This document shows, one piece after another, positions 41,601-51,341 of a stretch of 64,000 bases of DNA (within the stretch, counting starts at the first letter, position 1; each line of letters opens with the position of its first letter). Where the stretch lies: assembly GCA_040954595.2 (NCBI GenBank), contig CM082587.2:7925705-7989704 (forward strand), read 5' to 3'. Both the position numbers and the translations under genes were made by a program. The notes under the pieces are model-generated. The model was not told the origin of the DNA. It was given only the letters and a program-made list of their open reading frames with translations, and ran no database searches. This DNA is from Balanoglossus misakiensis. Its lineage: Eukaryota > Animalia > Hemichordata.

Positions 41601-44600
41601 TACCTTGATCTACATAGATGACGTCAGATATTGTCACTGTGGAACCATCAAGCCTGTCAATCATCAATCATGAATACAACAATATTTTAAGTTAGTGATC
41701 TATTTCATCAGCCACTCAATGGCCACTCTATGACCAGAAATAGCAAAGCGAAAACAAAGTTTTTTTTGCGTACAAACGACAGTGATGGGGAAGATAAATT
41801 TTGACATACAAAAAACGATTACTTGAGAGAACTCCATCCAAATAGCAATATTAATTTTACAACATTTTCAGAGAGTTTCCCAATTTCTTTTATCTACATG
41901 TTCTGTTCAGTACTTGTCCTAAGTCCTAAGGGACTGGTCAGTTTCTTCTGTCGGGGGGGGGGGGGGGGGGGGGGGGGGGTCACCCTGTTTTGGAATTGGT
42001 TAATGGGGGGGGGGGTGTCACTGGTGGTCACCCAATTTTCCTAGTTCAATGAGGGTGGGGGAGGGGTCACTCACTTTTTGATAGCCACAAAATAGAATCC
42101 ACACCCCCCCCTCCACCAGGCCAAAGAAAATGACCAGTCCCTAAAGTGATTTCAATCAGGCACTGCTGCACATGACCTGAAAGGCAACATAAACAAGAAG
42201 CACAGAAACTACTTACCCTACAGTGTATCTGAGATCGTAGTAATTACTATCGATAACATTCTGGTCCTTGTACCATGTAATGGTTGGTTTGGGATCACCA
42301 TTTGCAATGCATCTCAATACAGCAGTGTCATGCAAAATCACTTTTGTGTTGTCGGGGGGATCTGTTATCAATGCTCCAACTAACAAAAATAAAAAAAGTT
42401 TTAGTTACATATTTTGTTTGGTTACCCTGAGTGTGTAGTGCCAAAATCAATAGGCACTTCATTCTTCCATTGAATGATGTAGTCATCAGAAAATGATTGA
42501 GACAATGTCTGTAATTATCACTTTACCTTGTATACTCAGTGTAGCAGTTCTGGATGTCAATGTTCTTGGAATGTAACTATTGGTCGCAGCACAGAAATAT
42601 TGCCCTCCGTTGGCTAAGGAGACAGCTCTGATATGCAAATCTCCATTGTCTGGGAGGAAAGGTCAATGGGAGAATGTGTCCTGATACGAGTTTTAATTCT
42701 GAGTAAATCGTATGTGTATCCGAATGTTTGAGACTTGCAAGATGTCTTTCTAATAATGACTATTCAAATAACAAATTAATTACCACTTAAAACATCAGGT
42801 AATTTCCATCTTATGCTATTTAACAAATTTTATTGTTTGGTATACAGACTACATTTGATGTAGAATAGTGATTACTAAAAACCAGCTGCCAACAAAATGG
42901 TTTGATCGTGATCAATCTGCATACAAATATCACAAAAGCCTAAAGAGCGCCCTGTTCAGCACACATTTACCGGTAGTTTCTTTCCACTAGTGAAACCAAA
43001 CTGTAGATATAGCACACCACTAAATTACTTTTAGTCAAGTGCAATAATGCCAGATAAATGACAAATCTTAATATTTTGGTTTTGACATAAATTTTACATT
43101 ATTTCAAAGGGGGGTGACCATTGCATATCAGAAATATAAATTCTGCATGCTATCAGCAAGCACTTACCTAGTTGTGTTATTTCATTAGATGCATCCACAA
43201 TTATCTGCACATTATTTTTGTACCATAAGACAGTGGCTGGAGGGATACTAAAAGGTGGTCTGCATGTCAATGTGACTGCATTTCCCAAAACGGCAAACAC
43301 ATCTGATGGTTCCTGTACAAAGCTAGAATCCATTGCTGTATATGAAAAAAAGAACACAGTTATAAGGTTTTAAAAAACCTGTTTCTTGGTGATTTTATAG
43401 CACGTTAGTACATTGTTATAGACTGTTTTTGTGCAAAACTCAATCTAGTTGTGAAAATATTTTATTGTACCAGTTCAACTAGAAATGACCTATTGTCTAG
43501 ATATCAAACACTATACTATACCTTTACATTAATTAAAGGGCTACTGTCTGTAACTTTGCCTATTTTTTCAGTATTTTTGTTTTGTGTATCACATAGACAT
43601 TTTCTTGTTCTCCTCCCAATATTACTACATCCAATCTCAGACGTGACGAAAACTGAACAAATTCTGTCTTCATCCCAAGATGTGTAAATGTTTATGACCG
43701 CCCAATACAATGTAAATTTTACCATAAATGTAAAAAATTAGAAGGACATCTGTCAAAGACTAGAGGACACTTACTTGCAGCTTTGAGGAATATTGGATTA
43801 GTAGATATAGTGCCCTCAGTGTTGGACCCTGTACAGACATAAGCACCTTCGTCGCTTAGCGACACCGCCGTGAAATACAACCCTCCAGTATTCAGAACAT
43901 ATCGAGTAAGGGTGTTTCTGATTGGTCCAATCTCGCCAAGTTTAGTCCACGTGATGGTGGGTGTTGGGGTTCCAACTATGGGGCATTCTATGGTGGCTGA
44001 ATTTCCAATACCAACTGTCATGTTCACGGGTGTTCCTTTGATGTATGGACGGCCGTGTCTTGCTGTGAGAAACGAAAATTCAAACCACAGTGAAATGATC
44101 GAACTGCGTAGAGTAAAAACAACATCAAAACTTTCCAATAAAATACCAGGTATGAATAATGAAGTTCATATCATTGTACATAAAAATGCTCATGTTTTGG
44201 GTAGGGGACTCACATTCAGGAGTAGTGCATGGTCATCACATTCAATTCCACATAGAATTTCAAATAACACACTATGTGTAGAATTGTCATTTTGTTGAAA
44301 TTTTCACAAAAGGTGCGACCGTGCCAAAAGAGAAGCTTCATCAAATGAAATAAAGGGAAACACTATGCCACCATCCTTGATTATTGGACACAGCCCTTCA
44401 GACATTTTTTACCATAGGAAAACTGAAACTTTCTGAGCGCAAGAAAAGTGCCGACTCAGCATTTATCCCAAAGTTTAGTCATTCTTACTGAAGGGGTAGG
44501 ATCAGAACACCCTGATTTCTTTTAGCAACTTTATCATCTTGGTTTGACACTTACGAGAGACCGTTAATGTTGCATAGTTACTTCTCATTGGTTGCCCTGG

Positions 44601-47482
44601 TAACATCGGATTAACAGTGACGCAGCGATACTGCCCTTCATCCTCTTCACTAATGTCATCGATTTGTAAAGTCCCCGAGATCTTCAGCGACCCTGGACCA
44701 CCAAACTCGGTCTGATAGCTTGTTCCAGCCATGAACGCCACGCCGTCCTTCTCCCAAGTAATGGATGCTGACGGTTGGCTGTCCCCACTAACACACTGGA
44801 AATACGCGGCATATGGTTGGCCATCTTCTACAGTCAAGGCATTGGGGTGATAAAAGACTGGATCTATAACTGTAAAAAGACAACCAGCATATTTAAAAAT
44901 AAAATTGCAAATTAACCGTATTTAATTGCTATATACCTTGCATGCCAGAGAATTCCGGTGCAAATGGTATGTAATTTGTTTGGTATATAGGGTAACATGG
45001 CCGATTGTAGTCAAGGTGTTAAACGACTAATACATGCTATTTGGTTCGAACACACAAACTTCGGACACCACTGTCTACCCTCAGGATCACAGACTAAACC
45101 ACTTAAAATTCAATTTTCAACAATAACAATGCCGACATCGATGGGCTGTGTTGATAAGCTAATATACAGGGCATTTCATCATGTTTAAGGAGTCAAACAA
45201 GGAAATACTGATGATATTGGGGACCAAAAGTACTGAAAGAAAGTTGCAGCTAATGGAGCTTTAAGGGGCCATTAGCTTTCGGCTTTAATTTTAGTAGTTT
45301 TGTTCTCTGTAAATGCAATTTCTAGTTCTACTCCAAACATAATGCTAAAGAACCCCGTACTCCACTTGTCAACATCGCTTGTATCAGTGTATGCATGTAA
45401 CGGCCATTGTTATTGTTGACAAATGAATTTGGCACAATAACAATGCTGCCTATATACAAATCCTTGATGTGTTGATAAGCTAAGTACTGGACATTTCATC
45501 ATGTTTCAGGAATTTGAACACGAAACTGCAGTAGATACACGAAACAAAAATGCTTAAAACATGGCGAAAAGATACAGCTAATTGAGCTTTAAATGGTGTG
45601 TGACATCAACAGCACACCAACACATTACTTACATGCAAAATAAATTCTAGCTGCCTGTGTTTCTGCCATAACATCTCGTCCTATGACACTTGCAACGCAC
45701 ACATACTCCCCTTGATCACCTAAGCGTGTCTGCGAGATATACAGTGTCCCGTTTTGAAACAGAAGATAATGATCTCCAGCCACTATGTAGTTGCCGTTGA
45801 ATTTCCATCCTATCTGTATTGCACCTGAGGTGTCTGTGTTCTCCGCCGTGCAGTGCAAAGATGTGGCACTTCCCTGCGTCACTATGGTATCCGCTGGTGA
45901 ACGTCTGAAAACTGGAAATGTAGAAATATGAAGAAAAAAATTCCATCAGTATGAGTTACAGATGACCCTCTGAAGGAAAAATGTCTCTTTCACTCAAAGG
46001 TTTGCGAAATGTTCCTCAAAAGCAATTTGTTTTTCTTGTACTCGCAAACTAGATAAACTTATATTTTTTCTCGAGTACTTGTCAACTCCACTGTAATTTA
46101 GCAATACAGTCAAACCTGTGTTAGTGGCCACCTTTATAAAAAGGCCAACTCTATATACCGGTAGATTAGTAAATTGCAAACCTTTATGTAACAAAATCGT
46201 TCCTATCCAATAATTACCGGTAAGTATGAATACCAATAACTGTCACATTTAATGATTAAACCTGAATCAATTATCCATGATTTTCTAACTTGGTGACTTT
46301 CATTTTTTCTAGGAATGTCAAAAACTTCCTAAAAAGTAGTTTTGAAATGCTAGGACTTCACTGAAGCAAGAGAACCTGTGAATATACCTGACAAATGTCT
46401 CCATTACTATCTGATGAAAATTTAACAAGAACTTCTATGGAGATATGCAATTTGGTTTGCAACCGTCTGCCATATGACAGTTGATGTGTCAACCATAACT
46501 GATCAAACAGTTGCGAATAGAACAGATGATTGTTATACTTGTACCATAAGGCTCTCTTGAAAAACAAGAACTCAAAACTAATATTGAAATTCTACATTCT
46601 AATAGTTTAAACAATTTTCTGATAGAAGCATAGCACTGTCAATATAATATTTCATAGTTCATTTCATAAGGCCTACTCAAGTGCGAAATGTCTCACACTG
46701 ACTACCGCAGTGTTCTTTGCAAGACAGACACTGAAGTAGTCATGTGATCATGATACAAATACACACATGTGAATAATAATATGTATACAGAAATACATTA
46801 TGACTTTGTTTGTTTTCTGGGTTTTTGTTTTGTTTGTTTTTGTTTATACACATGATGTTCTTAGACCTATGGTATACATATTCTAGGTTTCACCTTTTGT
46901 TCATGTAACTTTACCGGTAGAAGACCATTTTGAACCTTTCCTAATGATGAACTTCTCTTTGACCTTTTGCAGAGCTATATACATATGACACATGTCTGAT
47001 GTAGAGCTTATAGGGTTCTATATTTGGATCACTACCATCAATTGTTATGCTAAATTTGGATAATAATATACTGCGTAAAGTATTGTTCAATTCAACAATT
47101 TTATTATACTGGGTATTTTTCACAACCAAAAATGTAATCAAACTAGATGCATTAATCCTTTCACAAATTAAATGAAGGTAATTTAAGGACAAATTAACCC
47201 TGTTCTATTGCTGCAAATTAATGTAACTTACTCACATGGTTTTTACTAACTCAGTGTTGCTATGGATACCAGTGTGACCTGAAATCAATTGTGTCAGCTC
47301 AAAAGTCTATACACATATACTGTTATGTCCTATATTTCTCCTAGTAATCAAAAACTCTTCCTGAAGTAAATTTGCTAATTAAAATAAAGGTCAATGTCCT
47401 TACCTATTGCACATTGTGATATGATAATATTCCACAGAAAAAATATTGTGAAAATATAAAAATGCTTCCATGAATACTCCAT
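16240..47482 (-). CDS. Ig-superfamily/FN3 single-pass receptor (8 Ig, mucin-like spacer, 5 FN3, TM, cytoplasmic tail), ~1767 aa, 30 coding exons; DSCAM/sidekick/CDON-like cell adhesion class
   Basis: Frame-consistent exons (minus): 47482-47404, 45911-45633, 44869-44555, 44062-43775, 43335-43168, 42649-42527, 42379-42217, 41653-41535, 41037-40765, 40383-40117, 39779-39582, 38998-38930, 38574-38257, 37677-37554, 37137-36956, 36460-36326, 35937-35767, 35098-35028, 34076-33851, 33196-33120, 32775-32532, 31618-31478, 30731-30534, 30218-30165, 27227-27116, 25576-25452, 20638-20527, 19506-19133, 16804-16668, 16401-16240. Total 5304 nt, all intron phases are compatible, and all introns are GT-AG except one GC-AG. 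Confidence 0.88.
16951..17304. mobile_element. TTAA-flanked palindromic MITE (Kolobok-like)
   Basis: TTAAAGGGACACAGTC ... GACTTTGTCCCTTTAA, with degenerate internal inverted arms. Confidence 0.7.
19882..20242. mobile_element. Palindromic TTAA MITE, family B copy 1
   Basis: TTAAAGGGACAAAGTCTCTCTCTC ... GAGAGAGACTTTGTCCCCCTTAA. The element is a foldback along nearly its whole length. Confidence 0.9.
20285..20490. repeat. Interspersed repeat, copy 1 (copy 2 at ~52525-52740)
   Basis: atctttggcc...agaatgacgtcata.ttcttgc.tgattctcg...gggtaatcggaacagcacatattttt is present at both sites. Confidence 0.75.
21809..21815 (-). other. Candidate 7-nt microexon (GAACCAG) in the intron after the TM exon
   Basis: The minus strand reads gtttttatgtgattaatctttccag|GAACCAG|gtaagac, a strong acceptor and a strong donor 7 nt apart. 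Confidence 0.5.
23469..23857. mobile_element. MITE with TA target site
   Basis: TA|CAGGTGCCTCAG ... CTGAGGCACCTC|TA, with ~70-bp imperfect TIRs. Confidence 0.75.
24189..24506. mobile_element. Foldback element with CAGGG...CCCTG ends
   Basis: ACAGGGAACTTACAAATCTTGTTGTT ... AACAACAAGATTTCTAAGTTCCCTGT; no clear TSD. Confidence 0.6.
25095..25350. mobile_element. Family A element, partial copy
   Basis: Contains cagcagcttttcatcatcgactaaa and tcaatttcactgatc, shared with the other copies. Confidence 0.5.
25452..25576 (-). CDS. Transmembrane exon of the receptor
   Basis: KDMPVFIGAMVAIGLSILGILIFGICYC-RYRNKKAKKRQSY: a hydrophobic helix followed by a basic stop-transfer segment, with canonical splice sites. 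Confidence 0.88.
26791..27032. mobile_element. TTAA-flanked MITE
   Basis: TTAAAGAGAAGCGTAGTCGCGCCGC ... GCGGCGCGACGACCGCTTCCCTTTAA. Confidence 0.7.
30534..37677 (-). CDS. Five fibronectin type III domains (10 exons) of the receptor
   Basis: Each domain has the W...Y...LxPxTxYxxxVxA pattern: LQSNTQYLFRVLA, LLPLTTYEFRVRA, LKPWRWYSVRVRA, LNAYTEYTLRILA and LVTNTMYAVSVTA. Confidence 0.93.
32251..32462. mobile_element. Tc1/mariner-type MITE (TA target site)
   Basis: TA|CTGTAAAACACTTTATTTT ... AAAATAAAGTGTTTTACAG|TA, with TTTTCGCG subrepeats. Confidence 0.8.
33552..33746. mobile_element. TTAA-flanked MITE
   Basis: TTAAAGGTATACAGTCACCT ... AGGTGACCGTAGACCTTTAA. Confidence 0.7.
34315..34407. mobile_element. 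~90-bp piggyBac-like mini-element (other copies at ~22538-22629, ~25712-25781 reversed, and 36016-36110)
   Basis: TTAACCCTTTCACCACCATGGTT...GGTAAGGTTGGACCTC...GGGGTGAAAG..TTAA occurs four times in receptor introns. Confidence 0.7.
36607..36929. mobile_element. pogo/Tigger-like MITE
   Basis: TA|CACTGAAACCTGTCTA ... TAGACAGGTTTCAATG|TA, with repeated AGAGAGGTGTCC subunits. Confidence 0.75.
38257..38574 (-). CDS. Ser/Thr/Pro-rich mucin-like spacer exon (106 codons, phase 1-1)
   Basis: TTSMTEIPPSTGVTAPSVSTPIPPTATAPPP...TTTVTGTHNTTVTP is flanked by AG and GT and is in frame with its neighbours. Confidence 0.8.
38930..45911 (-). CDS. Eight I-set Ig domains (11 exons) of the receptor
   Basis: Repeated C...W...DxGxYxC signatures: DQGEYVC, DEGQYRC, DEGAYVC, NGGQYFC, DQGTYIC, DAGVYRC, NSGMYTC and DEGIYYC. 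Confidence 0.93.
41927..42144. mobile_element. PIF/Harbinger-like MITE with G tracts
   Basis: TAA|GGGACTGGTCAGTTTCTT ... AAGAAAATGACCAGTCCC|TAA (3-bp TAA TSD), with a 27-G run at 41953-41979. Confidence 0.75.
45261..45592. mobile_element. TTAA-flanked MITE, preceded by a partial copy sharing the TTAA
   Basis: TTAAGGGGCCATTAGCT ... AGCTAATTGAGCTTTAA. The segment ~45120-45264 repeats the right arm. Confidence 0.65.
47404..47482 (-). CDS. Signal-peptide exon of the Ig/FN3 receptor
   Basis: MEYSWKHFYIFTIFFLWNIIISQCAI, then a phase-1 donor gtaagg. The acceptor at 47556-47557 shows that further 5'UTR exons lie upstream. Confidence 0.8.
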
Positions 47483-48917
47483 TATCCCGGCTGCTGCAGT
47501 ATCACTGTCATCATTCACAAATCCTTTGTGTTGAAGAGCTCGCCAGTTCCACTTCCTGAAAATAATCACATGCAAAAGTCTTCATGAATATTTTAGTCTT
47601 TTTCTTCCTGCATCCCAATGCAGGGAAACTCTCTGTTCCTGGGAATGGCTCCAATACAGAAAGTGCGTGGTAGTATTTGCAGACCGTACATTCAATATGC
47701 TGGATGTAGATACGCATGCACTGTAGTGAACTCTGGGTCACGCAATGAATTGACTCAGAATCAGATGGGTTTTATTATTCTTTCAATTTTCACACATGAT
47801 CGCATCACACAAAATGCACAGACTGTTACTGCAGAGAACAAAGCTACAGGTAAATACTATGCGTCCAATACAAATACATGAACCAATATTTCTCTAACTT
47901 AAATACACATAAATAAATAATTACCATAGTAAAGTTAAATTTGTATGCATTAATTCAGATAAACCATATATTAATTAGTTAGATTTTCTGAACATTTCAT
48001 GACTGGTGGAATGTTGTTTTTGGCAGAACCAAAGAAAAGGATAGATCAATACTAAGCTATGCCCTGCTATAGACAATGAAGATTGTGTTGGTATGATCCA
48101 GAATTTTATATCTGCTCCAGAAAACCATTACCAGGGGCAATGCCATGGGATCACGTATAATAACACATCTGATTCGCTGTTGAATCAAATTAAGAATTCT
48201 TAAAATTAATGTCTTATCTAATACTGTTATAGCCAACTATTTGAGTAAAATTTTCTTTGCTGGTTGTACCACAGAAAATATCAACTGTGTATTATGTAAT
48301 GTATCTATAGCATAGTATTACATGGCAACTAACACAGCTCAGTGCTTTACATGAAACCAAGGTGCATAAATATCAATGAATGAGTACTGTTAGTTACAAT
48401 ACATCAGTTGGTAACATCTGTGTTCATATGTCGGTAAGAGGTGCATTGAACTCTGGGAAAAATCTCTATTCCACGATTTCAATCTGAATAAATACAGACT
48501 ATGGGTATTCACAATGTAATACCAGTCCCTATCTAATAATATTTTTTTTGTAAAATTATCTATTATGCCTCATGCGTTATTCAAACTTTGCGATTGGCTG
48601 AGATCAGTGTACCCACATGATATAGAAGGGAAAGTGATATGGCCCGGGAGACTATAGCCCTATAGAACGCAGAGAAATTGCCAGTTGGATTGTCTGGAAT
48701 TCTGAATGCATATGTTTCATCTAAACACTCCTCTTCTCCTTGTTGAAGTAAAAATTTAAATGTCTTGTGTGTTCAAAACAATTATCCTCCTGTTGTGGCC
48801 TTCAATGACTTCATTGATTGATTGTACATTATCCATTGTTTTACTTCATTGTTTATTTACAGTATTCCATTGTTGACAATCACAAATAGAACTGTGAACA
48901 GTTATTTAAATGCATGC

Positions 48918-48955
48918 TCTCTCTCCCTCACTTCCTCCCCCTCCCAACCCCCCCC

Positions 48956-48993
<38 letters not shown>
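48918..48993. repeat. C-rich/(CT)n microsatellite
   Basis: Directly visible in the sequence. Confidence 0.85.
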
Positions 48994-49953
48994 GTAAAAT
49001 GTAGCTCTCTGATTTGATGTTAGAAGCAATAACTTAAATCTTGTTATTTCAACAATTCTTTCATCACTTTAAAAAGGCTAACATAAAAATTCCTCAATTT
49101 ATCCACAATCTGAGGCTATAAATGGACAAAATGAAAGCAATGCAGAGCATACACATACTGGTACTTCTCTGCTTTTAAACTTTCCAAATGGCAATTTCCT
49201 TTGCTTAGATTTGCAGCTAGTTGCTGTTGTCATGGCAACTAGTAGCACATGAAGCTGAGCATGACTCAACTACACAACTGTTTTTGAAGCATGTTTTGAC
49301 CAAGCAGTATACACTACATTGGATCAAGTAATATTGAGGGACAAAGATACCCCTTCTGTATTACCACTGCCTCGTAGCTACAGCCTACAGGGGCATACTT
49401 CTACCAACAATGCGATGCTGAATACAGACACTGGAGACAGTGACAGTGCAGTGAACCACCGTCTAATTAATTGTCAGCTCCGGAAAACAATTTCTTTATT
49501 TGCATCAGAGGACTTTGCACTCGACTATTTAAAACGCAGTCCCGGCCGCTCTGCTGGTTACGTGGTCCTTGATGCAAATTGGGTGCATTTTGAAAGGGGG
49601 CGGATGGATGGAGAGTGCAAATGAGTTTGAACCTTGAAAAACAGTCAGTGAGGGGGGACGAAACATTGGTTTAGACATTCCGTCTATTTGATATTTGCGC
49701 TCCATTTTCCTCAAAATGATCCACTTGGCAGGTGACTCGACAGCAACCCTCGCCAATTTGGTATTTGCATTATACTGCCACCATTTATACTAAATTTACA
49801 CGACTGCAAGTGAAACTGTCGACATCAGCTTGTTGAAAACATACGCCATCGTAATACACACAGTAACGTACACACTCAACAATGCCACGCACAGATCGAT
49901 ATTTCACACGACAAAGTTCAGATGTGCGCACAGCAAACGCACTAAATGCTTAC

Positions 49954-51250
49954 CTCGGTGGACATTCCTTTAACAGTTATATGGAAATAACCATTGTTTT
50001 CATTCAAAAGCATCTAGTATTGTGTGGTATGCTTCATCTTTCGGTTTACACCTTGGCAGCATTCAACACCTCGTAACTGTAAACAGTGAACGACAGGAAC
50101 AGCTGCTGTTGCGTAAAACGCCACCTAGCGATAGGAAGAGTCATGATCGATAAGTTGTGCATGCAACGCATCGCTCTCTTTGAAAAACATACAATGTGCA
50201 CGGTGTATCCCGGGACAAGAATACTTTGAACATTTTCAATTTCCACTTTTAATGTCTCTACCACGTTATCCTCGGGTAGATTAAGTCGCCCATCATGCGA
50301 CAGTAGATTATAAGCTTAGGCCTAGGCCTACGTGTAGTTGGCTATAATAAACTTAGGCCTATCTAGGCCAACAGTGAAACTGACTTTTGTCGGGGCAAGA
50401 CGATCGCGAATTCAACCGACTTTCCCAATAACAGAACAAAACTGCTAGTGCAAATTAGACATTAACATATGAATTAAAATATCGATTGTTTTTGGTCATG
50501 AGGGGATTCCCATGTCTTCACTCATCCGCGAAGCCAGGAACCCGGTAGATAGTAAACGCCTAATATAAGCTCATTTTCAGTAATTTAGAAACATTTTGCA
50601 TCAATTGGGAAGATTGACCTTACTTTTCTTTACTAATATAGGTAATACACAGTACGAAGATTTTTCAAGACGCTCCGGATCGATGTTCAACCACAGGGGC
50701 GCTCCCTCTGTGCTTTTATTGAGTGTTTGTTTGTTTGTCTGATGTGATTGATTGGCATAATAAAAAAAATGTTTGTTTGTTTATTTGTTTGTTTGTTCAT
50801 AAATGTGGTCACGTTTGTTTGTTGACATGTTAGGTTAGGGTAAGTTCAACGGTTAGGGTTAGGGTTTTTTTCGCTCCACGGCATCACTCCCAATATACAA
50901 AGAGAGACAAGGGTTGAAACTGGCCCATTTCTAGGGTCTCCACTCAGAATACAGTAGTACATATGCAATAATTGATTCATTTTGACTGGTTTTCATTTCA
51001 TATCGTTGTGTTGAGGGCAAACGCGGCTCCCGGTGGGTCCTATTCTTCGTGAACGATGACGGTTTAGGGTAGAGGGCCACCTCGATCTGTTTCAGTGGTT
51101 CTCTATAGCGCACGTCGGTGCAGAAGGCATATGAAATCACCGCCCAGGCACTCATGACCACAGAAGGCAATATTTCATATTTGTGTCATAAACGCAACTA
51201 TTACTAGTGACGTGACGTTTAAGAGATCAGATTAAGGTATATAAATAACA
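49954..51250. promoter_or_regulatory. Divergent promoter region between the Ig/FN3 receptor (-) and the VWDE-like gene (+), with candidate 5'UTR exons of the receptor
   Basis: The region is relatively CpG-rich. Plus strand: TGACGTGACGT (~51208) and TATATAAATA (51238-51247), ~100 nt before ATG 51342. Minus strand: CCAAT at ~50751-50755, donor gtaagg at 50623, and a candidate exon 50076-49954 (tttacag| ... GAG|gtaagc). Confidence 0.5.
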
Positions 51251-51341
51251 ATCGGTCACGACTAGTAAACACGGAAACCAGATAGGATTAAATACACTGT
51301 ATCCGAGCAATCACAAGATCTCACATCATCCATACAGAGAC

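Noticed and set aside
50830-50866. TTAGGG telomere-like repeats
   Set aside because: Only about three imperfect units are present, too few for an interstitial telomere.
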